Shown here in pieces: positions 11,761-24,974 of a DNA stretch of 64,000 bases (position 1 is its first letter; each line of letters starts with the position of its first letter). Source of the stretch: Vicugna vicugna. Lineage: Eukaryota. Location of the stretch: NCBI GenBank assembly GCA_013265495.1, contig MU061579.1:4426327-4490326 (forward strand). The letters are read 5' to 3'. The position numbers were made by a program, and so were the translations under genes. The notes beneath the pieces were generated by a model. That model was not told the DNA's origin and searched no databases. It was given only the letters and a program-made list of their open reading frames with translations.

Positions 11761-12998
11761 AGATGTATTTTTTTAATTTCAAAATGTTCTCTTACCTATT
11801 CTTTTTCATACTTTGGGCATGCATTATTTTTATGCCTATACATATTTATATATTAATATCTCCATATATAATATAATATAGATGTCTGTGTATGTATAAA
11901 TATGTAATGTATGTACATATATACATTTTGGTGGGGGTAAAGTTTGCATTCTTCTTTGCTTTGTTTTTTTGTTTTGTTTCTAACTTTACCTTTGGATGAG
12001 ATTATTTCCATCTGAGCTATTACTCGCCTCAAAAAGCATCTCTTCTCTGTTTACCCAGATACTATCTTGATCTTCTCTTTGGCACCTGAGTGGGAGGACT
12101 GGGTATACTTTATTTTTATGAGTCAGTAGTTCTCTCTCTGAGGAGCATGAAGAAAGGAGATGGGGACTTGTTTCCAGGGTCAACAGCTGGGAAACTTTGA
12201 TTTAGTACATTGTCTCCCTGATTTTGTTGAAACTATGTTACCAAAGTCCAAGGATATCATAAGGATTTTCCTAGCCTTTGATTTCTGTTTATACTCCAGA
12301 TTTGGGTGTTCCCATCTAATTCATGGAGAAAATTGTTTATAATAAGGTCCTCCAACTGGAGGACTTTTGTCCATGATTGCTCAGCACTTATTTTTCTCTG
12401 AAACATGTCAGTTATTTTGGCCTGAACTCTGGCCTCTAGGTGGAGGAATTTTAGTGGAGTCCTTAAAAATACATTCTTCAGACATAAACCACCACTGAAG
12501 AGTTCTCTGTAGAAAAGGAAGGTTGTGCCAACTCCCTATCATGTGTTCCAAGTTGTTTCTCTTTTGTCCATGGTATACTGTATTTAGCTGATAGTTCACA
12601 GAACTTTGTTCTGTAAGTTAGGGAGTCTACTCTAGTTCCAGTAGAAATTAATATTCTACTATATTTTTTAAATTCTTTGTAAGAGAGAGACTCTATTTGG
12701 TCTATCCCAGGTTAAATGCTCTCAAGTCCAAGCAACTATGATTCTCATATAGTGAAGTCATCAACAAACATGTTTGGAGGGGTTCTATTTCTAGGTGAGG
12801 AGAAGTTCTTAGGGAAGAAGTAAACAAAAAAGAAAAATGCAATTGTTGGGAAATGGATATACATTTTAGACTTTTTTTTTTTACTAAAATCAAGCAATTT
12901 TGTTAGACACTTTACCTAATTCATTATCAATCAACCCCAAATTCAAAAAGATTTATCTTAGTGAAATTAAGTGCAATCCCTTCATTGCATATATAATC

Positions 12999-13568
12999 TG
13001 CCAAAGTAAATATCACACCAAAGTTAGGCAAGAAGGACTTTATTCAAGGCTATTGCAATAGGAGAGAAAGGACAGAGTTCAATTCAGACTGAATTCTGTG
13101 GAAACTAAGAGTGGGAGGTTTTTGTTTTTGTTTTTTTCATTGCTAGAGGAAAAGTACTGGAACATTAAAATGGAGGTCTATCAGTGGGAAGTGTGAAGCA
13201 TATTGTTACTGCTGAGTTTGCAAGTGTTTTTTCTCTATGATTAGACCATCTGTGTTTGCTAATTGGCACCCATCAAAGTCAGGCTCCTACCCTCCCACTG
13301 AGACTGGGAAATAGGGGTCCTATCTTTCTGGATAAGTACATTTCAAAGGGATGGCTCTCAAGTCCTTGAGAAAGAAATTCCTGGGTTGTAGAACTGGCAA
13401 GACTCTTTAAAAGACTCACATATACCACAAAGAGTCAGAGAAAAAATTTATAATGATATGTTCTCTAAAGTAAATGCTCTAAGTAAAGGGATACCAGGAC
13501 CTAGAGTCAGTAAGAAGCCTGCTGACTGTTTAGTTAAATTGGGAGAAACATTAAGACCATCTTGGTCA
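12999..13568 (-). mobile_element. ERV1-class solo LTR
   Basis: TG...CA ends with exact 4-bp TSD aatc (12995-12998 and 13569-13572); antisense AATAAA near the left end. Confidence 0.9.
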
Positions 13569-13809
13569 AATCCTAGGTAAATAAAAATACTTTTAACTTT
13601 TCTTGATTCATTTTTACTTAGTCTGTGCTAATTCTTATTGAATACCATCTTTTGAAAGTAATGTCAAAACATCTTTTGTTTTCAAAATGTGTTAAAAAAT
13701 GTTAAGTTCATGAGTTAGCCCTGAAAAGCAAATCTATAACTCTTAAGTTTCAGTACTATTTTTTTCTCTATAGAATTATATGAATTCTTCAGTTATGGGA
13801 GAAACAGCA

Positions 13810-14175
13810 CGGGTGATAATGACATGGGTGCAAATTAGACTTGTGTTCAATCACTACTGAAGTACTTACTAGCTTTGCTGGTTGGGGAAATTTCTCTAAG
13901 TGTCAGAAACATTTGAGATGGAGGAAAGTTATAGCTCAGTAGAGTACACAGCATACATGAAGTCCTGGATTCCATCCCCAGTACTTCCATTGTAAATAAA
14001 TAAATAAGAACGTAATTACCCCCCTACCATAAAGATTTTTTTTAAAAATTGAAAACTACAGTGCATATTTACTTTGCAGAACTTTTAGGAAGTACAGTGA
14101 GATAATTTATGTAAAGAGTCTAAATGGATAGACTGTGTTCATAGTATGAGCTCAATAAATCTGTGTATTATCATT
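13810..14175 (+). mobile_element. MIR split by a younger SINE
   Basis: MIR 5' part (acttactagct) before 13910 and 3' part (gagataatttatgtaaag...gctcaataaat) after 14050. Confidence 0.7.
13920..14035 (+). mobile_element. tRNA-derived SINE, Vic-1-like (camelid)
   Basis: A-box-like tatagctcagtagag, B-box-like ctggattccatccccagtac, then aaataaataaataag...taattacccccc tail. Confidence 0.8.
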
Positions 14176-14724
14176 AATGTATTTAATATTATATTAATAT
14201 AATTAGTATAATATATTTGTAATGTTAAGTTATATAAGTCAAAAATTATACTTTTCCTCTTTAAATATATTTGTGGCAAAAAGTGTAGTCCTTGGGTCAT
14301 AAATGATTAAGACTTAAAAAAAAATCTGAAGGAAATTTAACAGAGGATAGGATGCCTATAGCCTCCACCGTGGGTCTGATGAGTTGGCCCCATCTTGACA
14401 GAACTGCTCATTTCATTGCATTTACCTAATTTCTTTGGCCTTGTCTGCCAGCTCTGTAAAAAACAGTTAACTTTTTAGAACATTTAGTTCAAATATGGAC
14501 AGGAATATTCTTGCCAAGGAAGGTACAATCTTGGTATAAGTCAAAGGAGTACAGCTGAAAAAAAATAAGCTAAATGATATGAATCTTATAGGCTGTATTT
14601 TTTACTTTTTCTATTGATATCTGTATACTTGATGCAGAAATATGTGGGTAAGACTTATATAAGAACCCTTTTTTTTTGGCCAGGGTACAAAGTGGATCCA
14701 TACAAAAATCTCACATTTAGGGGC

Positions 14725-15063
14725 TGCTATGGGTTGAATTGTGTCCCCTAAGTTGAAGCCCTAACCCCCAGGATAATGGTATTTGAGATGCAGTCTTTGG
14801 CAGATAATTAGGTTTTGATGAGGCCTTGAGGGTAGAACCCTCAAAATGGGATTAGTGCTTTGCAAGGAGAGGAAGAGACACTAGAACCCCCTCTCTGTCA
14901 TGTGAGGACTCACGCAGAAGGTGGCAAAGAAGCCAGAAAGAGAGCTCTTACCAGGATGCTGGCATCCTGATCTTGGACTTCCAGCCTCCAGAACATGGAG
15001 AAAATAAATTTCTGTTTTAAAATCTGTGGTATTTTGTTGTTGCAGCCCACACTGACTAAGACA
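14725..15063 (+). mobile_element. MaLR LTR (MLT1A-like)
   Basis: Starts tgctatgggttgaattgtgtcccc, contains gacttccagcctccagaac and aataaa, ends gactaagaca. Confidence 0.9.
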
Positions 15064-15200
15064 GAGCTCACACTCATCCCAGACACCAAAAATGGAAAAA
15101 TGCAAAGAACTTCTTTCTAAAGAAACTTCTGAAAAATAAATGTCTTTAGGGAAAATAAACCCTAAATGATCCTCAAAATGAGTGTGCTGCAATTTGCCAG

Positions 15201-15595
15201 TGATGGGTTTCACATTACCCCCAAATTTGACAACATTTCACATTGAATATTTTAAGCTGAAGGAGTTTGAGAAAATGGTAGAAGCAGGAATATCACTCTT
15301 ACATCCTCCCCAACTGCCCCCTGGCTTTTCTTCTCTGACAGGTCACAAAACCCTCATGTGAGAGGAACCCTCCCTATACTTATCTTCATCCTTACATCCA
15401 AAAGCTAAGGGATGCTGAAAAGAATCTGAACAAACTTTGCTGAGTTTTTTTCCAGGTCTTCATTTCCTTATGAAGGCTCCCTTGTCGCACAGAACTTTGT
15501 ATGCTTTTATCCTGTTAATCTGTCTTTGTCAATTTAATTTTTAGACCTAGTCAAGGACCCTAAGAGGGCTGAAAACAGCTTTTTCCTTCCCTACA
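15201..15595 (+). mobile_element. ERV1-class solo LTR
   Basis: tgatggg...ccctaca ends; near-TSD ccag/tcag; gaatattttaagctgaagg motif resembles those of the LTRs at 20476 and 42598. Confidence 0.8.
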
Positions 15596-15869
15596 TCAGT
15601 TATTTAAGAGGAAGTGCATCTCTGCAAAGTAGGTTTTACTCTGAGACAAAATAGACCACTCACTGTTTTTTGAAATCCAAGCATTTGAAATGCTTTTTCT
15701 TGTAACTTATTCTGCTTGAATCTCCTCTTAACACCAAATCTATCTTTAAACATATTGGTTAATTCTTCAAAGTTTCTTTAACAAATGCTGCATTTCTTTA
15801 GCTTTAGGGGTTCCTTGGCCTATTATAATGCAAATGAGTTTTGAAAAGTTAACATTACGATTCAATAGT

Positions 15870-16010
15870 TCATTAATGTGCAGAAATTATTTATTTCTTC
15901 AGTAAACTTTCTCTAAGCCCTTATTCTCTCCCAGGCAATGCCCTAGGAGTTGGGGACACAGGCCTGAACAAAGCAGACCCAAATGCCAACCTTTTGGGGT
16001 TGGTAATGTT
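15870..16010 (-). mobile_element. L2 fragment
   Basis: ccaggcaatgccctaggagttggggacacag...aacaaagcagac. Confidence 0.65.
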
Positions 16011-16185
16011 TAAGTAGCTAACAGTCCTAAAGAAGTTTCAACTGGATAGTTAATAGACCATAAGAACCAGAAAATGAGAGAAGCAGTCACCTAGAATGTA
16101 TGGATCACTAAATGCTCAAAACTAACTTGACTTACTTGAAAACTTAGAGAACTGGTGGTGCTTAGTGCAAGTGTTCCAGTATCTT

Positions 16186-16468
16186 TGTTACTGAAGATAA
16201 TAGGTTCCTGTCTCACACAGGAAAGGAGTCAAGAGTTAGCCATAGCAAAGTGACAGTAAATTTATTCAGGGAGATACACACTCCATAGACAGAGTGTGGG
16301 CTTTTACCGTCAGCCTGGGAACCGTTATGGCACCTGTGGGTGTGTAATTAGGCTCAAGGTCTACTGGAAGTTGAACTTTCTGCCATCTTGGTTCTAACCA
16401 GCTTACCAGTCCTCAGTTGCCGTGTTATTCCTTCAGTGGCTGTGGCCGCCCCCTCCTCTTCTGTCTCA
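16186..16468 (-). mobile_element. Short ERV1-class solo LTR (probably internally deleted)
   Basis: tgttac...tgtctca ends with exact TSD tctt (16182-16185 and 16469-16472); antisense AATAAA. Confidence 0.85.
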
Positions 16469-19400
16469 TCTTCTCCTCTAAGGCTTTGCTTTCTCTCTCT
16501 GAAAATTGAAGGGTTCATAAACTCCTGCATATATAATTTATAGAATATGTAAGTGTATATAAAAGAATGGGTCTCAGCACAACGCCAAAGACTGTATTAC
16601 AGAGACACATTCTGAAAGGGAGGCACATTTTCCTTTAACATTTGAACATCTCCTCCGATTTATCCTTCATGATTTTACATCAGAAGGCCACTTTATAGTT
16701 CCTATCTATTTGATGATCTGCTCACCAGAAGAAAGAAGGCAATTAAGGACAGCAGGACCCCATTCCCTCACCTTCCACTTGTGTCTATTTATGGAAAAGT
16801 TGTGCTTTTTAGTTTAGATTTTCAGAGGCTCCTGAAAATCTTTTTAGTTATGTAGGTAAGCATCTTTCAGAAGAACATACCTTCCCCTGAGATGCTTGCA
16901 AATATCACATCTGTTGTGGAACACACAGAAGACAGAACTGTGTGCTCTAATTAGAGAGGAAAATTGAAATGTATCAGTGGATCACTAAGGGTGACTGATG
17001 CGAATAGTTGAAGGAAAATAATTCTTTCTGATTTGAAGCTATGGTTTCTGTACAACTGGTATCTCCATAATAGATAAATCATGACTTTACTCTTCCATGA
17101 CTGTAAATTAACAGTGAGTAAATGGCAAGACATTAGAATTGTACTTTTCCATAAGCATAAGTATAAATGTTAATCTGAATCTCTTGAGTTTGCAAAATTT
17201 GGCTGGAAATACTGTTAAAACATACTTTCTCAAGAGAATGTTCTTTGCTTCCAGCTTCCAAAAAAACTGCAAATACAACAGCAACAGCTTTTCATTGCAG
17301 CATTTTGGAGCCGTCCCCAACCAGCAGGAAGTGGGATGTATGCAAAGGTCTGCAAAACTGGAAAAAAAAATGCTGCTGTTTTAAAATAAAGTTCAACAAA
17401 CTTTGGTTTAACTTCTTGCAAAGGTGCATCAGGATTAGTTTAAATTTCAGGTCAAGAGGCAGCTTGCTTCCTATTTGATCTGCAGCAATTGAAGCATACC
17501 TAATAGAAGCACTATTTTAAACACAAAGGTTAAACTCTGTTGCATTTTGACAAAGGTTAAATGCCTATTTACTGAAGTTAATGACTTAATAGCATTTTGA
17601 ATACCATTCTTTATATAAAGGTTAATCTCATATTTTTGACTTCATGTTTCCTTTCTTAAAAGGAAATACTCATTAGGATCCAAACAATTATGTAATTGTT
17701 AATTTGTTTTGATCTTATTTATAGTACTTCAACCAGAGTATTATCTGTTTTGATTGCAAGAGGGTTTTTTTTAAACATTCAAGAAGAAAAAATACTTAAA
17801 GAGAGAAATAAGGTTATCAAAGAATTACTGCTTTCAAAGAGCCAAAAGGAAAGGGATAAAGATTTTAGAAAAATATTGAGGGCAGAAATATAATCTATGG
17901 TGGGATCATACACTTGTTAAGGATGTACATGAGGCCAGTCAATTTCTATTTGTTGTAAAAACAACTTACTGGGCTCAACAGAAAAATCACAATCAGATGA
18001 TCATACTTATCAGAAGATGTAAAAAAAAATTATTACACAAGAGAAAGGCTCATAGTCAATTTGGCATTGACTTTTGATGACAACTTAGTTAATGATTGCA
18101 ATAATTTATTAGATATAATGCATTAATTAGGAAAAATATGCTGAAGTATATCACTCATCCTTTTTTTCAGTATCTCTAAGTGACTAAAAAAATACCTCAC
18201 CTTACTTACTACTCAGAAATTCAGCTAAGAATCCAGATGTTACAAATGGCTGCTGAGTTTTGAAGATGTATACATTTGGGGAAAATACTCATATTTTCTG
18301 TTGCTAGAAATTTATTGCTTTACAAATAAAATAGCAAACTGTGAAGAAACACTTCAATTCAATCACAAGTACCATTAAGAGAAGTACAGTTGTGGTCAAG
18401 TTCATGCGTGTTACATGCAGTTTACTTCAGGGTTATGGTATAAATTACGGAAAATGAAGGAGAGTAATATCAGAAGAACAATGGGAGAATCCCCCTCCGT
18501 TTTAAGGAGAAATCTCAGTCAGACAAAGGAATGCCATCTGGTATGTCTGGAGGTGAAGTTCAGGGAGGAGTAAAAGCCAAATTTCACTTCTGGATGAGGG
18601 AAACAAATGGAATCATGTAAATGGGGCCTTGCAGGGAACAGTGGATGATGTGCTAAACTCATGACTAGTTAAAAAAGAATCTGAAGGTAAATCTAGGACA
18701 TCGGGGGATAAAAAATCGGTAAAATCCGCTGGTTCAATGTCCCAATAGATCCATGCATCATTTTGTATTTTATTGATTTTGTTGCTATTCCAAAAAAGCA
18801 TTTTGTGTTTATTTCTCCATGGTAATTCTTTCTTTCATTTTAGCATTTTTTTTTACCCGACTTCAGTTTATTATTACTGGGGAGATGTTACTTTCAAGTT
18901 TTAATTATAAAAGACTGGTGTCTCCTGACCATTAGGCCTATAATTTGGTATTGGTTACCAAAACTGTTTTAGTTTAGACAATGACTTAAGACAAAATAGA
19001 ATGTATAAAAAGGCAAGACCTTATTGGAGACCATTTGCAACCTTATTCTCACTGGGTGGATGTAAAACATTATAAAGATATTATTGTAATTTTGCTTTTA
19101 AAAAATGCAGATTTTCTATTTCACAGTGATTCTGAATTGGTTGAAAAGATGAAGAAACTGTTCAGCCAAGCCTTTTATGGCTGGTTTTCTGGCTATGACG
19201 GATGGGTACACTATAAAAATCTAATTACTAAAGATTTAATTCAAGGGATATATAAACTTTTCTTCAGTTTAAAAAGATTATTCAAACAACATTAAAGGAA
19301 ATATGAATACATTGTTTGGTTAAAATGGGGAGAAATATTTTAAAATTAACTTTCTAACCTTCCAAGTCTTAACATGGTTAAGGCAAAAACTGTATTTATG

Positions 19401-20475
19401 AAGTCGGTCCATTGCATATTCTACAATGACGCTTTACTTTTGCAAAGTCAGTAAGAATGAACCTTGGAATATCAGTGCTATCAGACTATTCCCTACTGTT
19501 CTAGTTTAAAGCGGCTACCTGGCAAGGAGAAAAGGTAAATTCTGGAGTAAATAGCTACAATTCATAATCATGCCATTTGGTTAAAATAAATAAGTATTTT
19601 AATAGTAATATAGCACGCTGGTCACTAGGAGAATTAATTTTATCTCAATTTCCAGTTAAATGACATGTAAGAGTTCCAGTATAAACTTCAAACTTAGAAA
19701 TAAAAAGATAGCTATCAAACTAACTAGTGATTGTTTGATGATGATTTCTAAGTCATAGATTTAAATTGGATACTTGGGTAAAAATAAATTGTCCTTTGAT
19801 AATTTAATATAGAAGAAGTGTTCCTTAACTTCTTGTGGGATTACAGGGAAAGACAGTCAAGTTGTTTTCCTGCGACTCTGGAGCTAAGAGTGGAAGAACA
19901 ACACATCATTAATTGGAGGACTAGGAGGGTCTGACAGTCACCAAGTTTATTTGGCATCTCAAATTCCAATAAAAGACCTGCCTCTGTCTCTACAGTTTTG
20001 CATCCCACTTGTGTGTCCCCTCCCAGTGACACTCCATGTCAGAGAGAATCTTAGTCTTTCTAATCAAACCAATAATAGTTGTTTCACCTGCTCTCTAATT
20101 TCTTAATATTTAGCTTTACACTAACAAAGGAACAATAATCTTGCAATCTGGAACTCTGATTTAGTTTCCTGTCCTTCATCTTATGGTCTGCAAGATCTAA
20201 GAAGCTCTATAAATGCAAAAAATAATGCATATTGAGTTGTTTAAAGTGTGATAATATTAATGTGATCATTTACTTGAAAGCATCCAAAATAATAGCTAGC
20301 CCATAATCTCGACTCTCAAGATATATCAATTTACTCTAAATATAAAAACGTTTTGAGGCTGCTTAAAAGCATTTGATAAAGAATCATTCTATGGTAGAAT
20401 AATAATCTTAAGAAATACTTTCCTTTGACCAAAATTTCAGGTAACTGTCTGGGCAGTGTGGAAAATATTACGAGG

Positions 20476-21042
20476 TATCGAGGAGGGGCGATACTTCCCT
20501 CTCTACCCATCTTGAGTTCTTGTGTCTGAACTAATAATAAAAATTGACACCAGATAGCTTAATAGGAGAAAAAGAAATAAATTTTTCATTTTTAAGTTTT
20601 TAAAAGTAACTCATATGCATGGAGGTGCCATAGAAATGGTACCTAAGAAGTGACCAAAACAGGCAGCTTTTATACTTTTTAGACTAAGAAACAATAAATT
20701 TGTAAGGACTAGGTAAGACAAATGAATTTACATGGTTTGGGTGCTCAATTAATGAATAATCTAAACAGAATTCGGGCCTGGAGTAGAATTAAAGAAGTAA
20801 TAAAGCTTGTTTATACGGGCCTTTTGGCCTGAATTTCCTCTCTGCTGATAAAGATGTCCTTTTAACCCTAGATGTATGGAGTGAACTTTTCACATTTGAG
20901 GTTTATTTTCTGCTTTCAGGGAGACAGAAAGGCAGGTCAGAGTGTCCCTCTTGTGTTGGCTCTTTTTTAAGTAATTTTAATTCAGAACAGTCAATATGCC
21001 ATTGAAGAATCGTTTTGGGGTGGCTTACTCTGGGTCCCAATA
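20476..21042 (-). mobile_element. ERV1-class solo LTR, same family as 42598-43093
   Basis: Reverse complement contains caccccaaaa...tggcatattgac...ccctgaaagcag, matching the start of the 42598 element. Confidence 0.8.
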
Positions 21043-21889
21043 GGGTCAAATTATCATAGCTTTGAAGTCATATCCATAGGTAGCTTTCTTAGTACATCTA
21101 ATGATATACCTGGCAATTTGTAAACTAACTTGGTATTATTATTACTATTATTATTTAAATTATTTTAAAGCAATAGATATAAATTAATAGATAAATTTTC
21201 AGGAATGTTTACCTAAAACATGAGCTAAAATTCGTATTATATAGTAGTATAATTATTTTTAAAGATAAAATAATACTTCTTTTCAAATATTTTAGCTTTT
21301 TTATGTACTTAGTAATATGTTGGCTATTATTATTTAATTGAAAATTAAAATGCATTAAGTAATCATAAATGTATTACTTGAATGGAAAATCAAAAATGGA
21401 AACTGAGTCATGAAAGACATCTAAGCATATAGGAAAGTTTCCATTCACACAATAAATATTTATGGAACTCATAATTCCTGATATTAACAAGGAAACTAGT
21501 ATTTTTGAACAACTGTCATAAATTCACATGGCATTTATTTCAGAAATAATGCTTAGTTTCTACTTAGGTAGATTGTATTTGTTTAAAGAATAATGCTTTT
21601 ATTTGAATTATTTAAAAGCAAATTGCATTTATGTAATAATGATTTATAGAAGCTACAGCTTCCATTCCAGCAAATGGAAGCTCTCAACTAGATCAGTTTT
21701 GGTACCACCTCAAACTCCCTCATCCATTATAATTTATTATCCAAAATTGTTGAGAATTCTTTGGACAAAAATTATCAAAGTCATTGACATTCAGTTCAAG
21801 AAACAAAGTCATTCAAGGAGTAATCATGAAATTTGTAGTTCAGAAACCAAAATAAACTTCTCATTTTCTCACTAATTATTTTCTGTTGA

Positions 21890-22140
21890 TATAGGAAATG
21901 CTCCCTGAGTAGGTGACATTTACATTAAGACCTGAAGGATGTTAATGAGATAAAGGAGCAAGGGCACATTAGAAATAGAAAAGGGCTTGGTACAGAATAG
22001 CAAGGAAGCCATTTCAAATGAAGGACACTGAGTAAGATACAAAGGATGAGGCATGGGCTTCAAAAATTGGCCAACAAATAAATCACAAAGACGAAGATGA
22101 GGATTTTAAGTTTTATTCCAAATTTGATGGCAATCCAATT
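21890..22140 (-). mobile_element. L2 fragment
   Basis: ctgagtaggtgacattt...agacctgaaggatg. Confidence 0.55.
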
Positions 22141-22309
22141 TTCTTATAACAAAGTGACAAAGTTAGAGGCTAAGAGGAAACAGACCATATCCAAATGTTC
22201 TAGAAGTTTCAGTTGCCTGTTACTACAAAGCAAGACAATAAAATATTTTCCAGATTAGATTAAATTCATTTGAATAAAACTTAAACAGCGATAATTTTGC
22301 AGCAAAGTA

Positions 22310-22785
22310 TGTTACAGCTCAGTGTTTCAGCTCAGTTGTGACAGCAACCTGGATCCAGGCAAGAGACCAAGCAGCACTCAAAGAGTTGGAGAACTCAGGT
22401 TTATTATGCCAGTGGGCCCAGAGGAGTTAACACTCCAAGCTCTGGACCCCATCTGTAGGTTTACACAGCCTTTTATAGGCTATCAGTCTAGACTTTGCAA
22501 CATTTTACAATATCATATGCAAATAAGGTATAACAAAGGTGACTAATTAGGAACAGGCTTTTTAGAAATGGACCAATAAAGGAGTGGTAGAAATGGGCCA
22601 ATCAGGAGTTAGCTCAGGGAACCAATAGAATCTTAGGGGTAAGTTCCACTTTCTTAGAAGTAAGCCATTTCAGAGGCAAAAAGCGAGATAATGCCACTGG
22701 TCTAGGGAACCGGATGGTGCTGACAGGAGAGTAATGGCCCTGCCTGTGGGTCCTGATGGTCTTTTTCATGGGGCTTCCCACCTCA
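22310..22785 (-). mobile_element. Young ERV solo LTR (476 bp)
   Basis: Minus strand TGAGGTGGG...CTGTAACA with exact TSD agta (22306-22309 and 22786-22789); TATAAAA at 22471-22477 and AATAAA at 22400-22405, both on the minus strand. Confidence 0.92.
22471..22626 (-). promoter_or_regulatory. LTR U3 promoter motif cluster (TATA, octamer, SOX-like site, three CCAAT)
   Basis: ATGCAAAT 22517-22524; AACAAAG 22532-22538; CCAAT at 22573, 22598 and 22622; TATA 22471-22477. Activity is not shown by the sequence. Confidence 0.5.
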
Positions 22786-23799
22786 AGTAATGATAGAGTT
22801 TTAGTGTAGAAAGAAATCACTTTCAGATACAGACTTTCAAAGTATCATAGAACTGGAAGAAATCATATAATATAATTCAACTCTCTCAGCTATAAATGAA
22901 GAAACTGATGTGTGAAGGAGTTAAATGTATGTTTTCCTTTGTAGGTTTTTACTCCAGGTGAGAATTTTACCTAAATCAAAGTATGTAAACTTGTAATGTA
23001 TATCAGAATTTAATTAGTTTAAAGAAGTTTAAAGGTATTTTTAAATCCTCAGTGTTACGGAAGAGATTATTATAATAATTAGAAAATGCATATGTTTTCT
23101 ATTTATGAGTTTACATTAGAATACAGTTTAATTTTTCCCTCTGATATCTCACTGATTATTAGGATTCAGTTGTATTTGTAATAATTATTCAGTGAAGCAC
23201 TGTGAGAGGAGAAAAGATTCAGTCTCTGAAAGGGATCAATTATGCACTGAAGTATCAATGTGGAGAGATCTGGGGAGGAATACAGTTAGAGTTGTTGCTG
23301 ATATGTCTTTGGATTTGGGGACACAAATGTATCCACACAAAAGAATAATAGTAAGCAAGATATGAAAAGTAATTAGGAGGGTAAAAAGCAGAACAATAGA
23401 GTTTGAAAAATCAAGGGAAACAACATTTTCAGGGTAGGAATCAAGAAATGGTCTCTAGAGTTTTCAATTAAAAAACCAGAAATCTGCCAGCACTTGAAAT
23501 ACCTGCACTATAAAATCTCTGTAACTGCCCAGAACAAAACAAAATGAACAAATAACCACCCCCCTAAACTCCAAACAATGCCCTAGGAAATTTACTTATG
23601 ACTGCTTTTGTGAAAGAGCAGTGTATTTTATAGGATAGATTGTATGTAATGATACTCTTTTATTTGTACTGTAAGCCAAAGATTTTAAACACATTTTTGT
23701 TTTAGATTGAATTTGCAATGGAAATAAATGGAATGATCACTTGACCAGTCTTCTGAGTATATTTTCTAATAATTCAAGGCTTAGTTTATTTTCACTTAC

Positions 23800-24010
23800 A
23801 AATTGATCAGGTTACTTACTCATGTATTCTGTATTATTATAGGTCTACTGAATTCAGCTACTGTAGACTCAATGCAGACCTGAACCCTGTACTTATAGAG
23901 CTTATAATCTAGTGAAAGAAACAAGACAAAAAAATAGAGTTAAGTTGTGATGATGGGTATGAAATAGGAGTATGTTGTGTTACAGAAGGTTTAGCAGTGG
24001 ACACTGAGTC
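23800..24010 (-). mobile_element. L2 fragment
   Basis: ccctgtacttatagagcttataatctagtg. Confidence 0.55.
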
Positions 24011-24974
24011 TGTAAGAGAAGGAAGGATATGTGGCTTAACGCTCCTAGGTTTTTAATGACTCTCCAACCGGGTTTCATTAAACAGATTTGCCCAACCACT
24101 ACATGACTTCTTCATAGTTGACAAAATGTTTAAATTTGCGTATTGAATGTGCAGTTCTATGGAAAATTTTATAAACAAAGTTGATTACAAAAGCAGATAA
24201 TACTCATGATATAACTTGAAGGACACAAAAAGATATCTAACCTCCAACTCTATGTCAATGAATACTTCATTCAATATAATATGATATGATACACAATATA
24301 TATTATTATGCATTATATAATAAGATAAAATATAACATAACAAACATAAAAAGATTACTTTGACATATTTATTTGCATAATTCATGTTGTCGCTATATTT
24401 CAGATTTCAAGTTTGCCTTTGAGTTATTAATTATAGGATGTTTTTGCGTGTTTCTCTTCTAGCTAATTCTGTGTGGGGCAAACTCATGCATGGTGGAATC
24501 AGTGTCTTGTCATATTCACAAGAAAATATATAAAGCGATATGTATAGACATAGATGTAGATATAAATTAGACAAGAGATATACATATAGCTATGTACTGT
24601 GTGTGTATATATCTATGTCTCTCTGTGTATGTAGTTATACACACACACAAATAAACATGTATATTCCTTATGCTTGATTTATTAAGCCTGTCATGGTGTC
24701 AGACAACAGTAGATTGGTGGTATAACTGTAATTTTACTAAGTCTTGTAAGCAGCTACTAAACAGCTTGATCTCTGAGGGTTGCTTCAATTGATCTGGGAA
24801 TTTGTTTCCAAGTATTTGCTTAAGCATCTAAGCACTGAAATTAAAACTATATTACACTAAATTTTACTCCAACCTCCCTTTTGGGGCAGTGGGAATTGGT
24901 GCAAACCTACGATTTTGGTTCAGATTCCAACTCTACAGTTAATGGGTTGTGTGGGTCATCACTTTTGCCATTTA

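Noticed and set aside
12344..12367. Hairpin gtcctcca-ac-tggaggac followed by Ts (terminator-like)
   Set aside because: An 8-bp stem is expected by chance, and intrinsic terminators are not relevant in mammalian DNA.
13920..13990. tRNA gene
   Set aside because: A and B boxes are degenerate, no cloverleaf is evident, and a SINE-type tail follows.
18613..18801. 62-aa ORF as a coding exon
   Set aside because: No pyrimidine-rich acceptor upstream and no recognisable homology.
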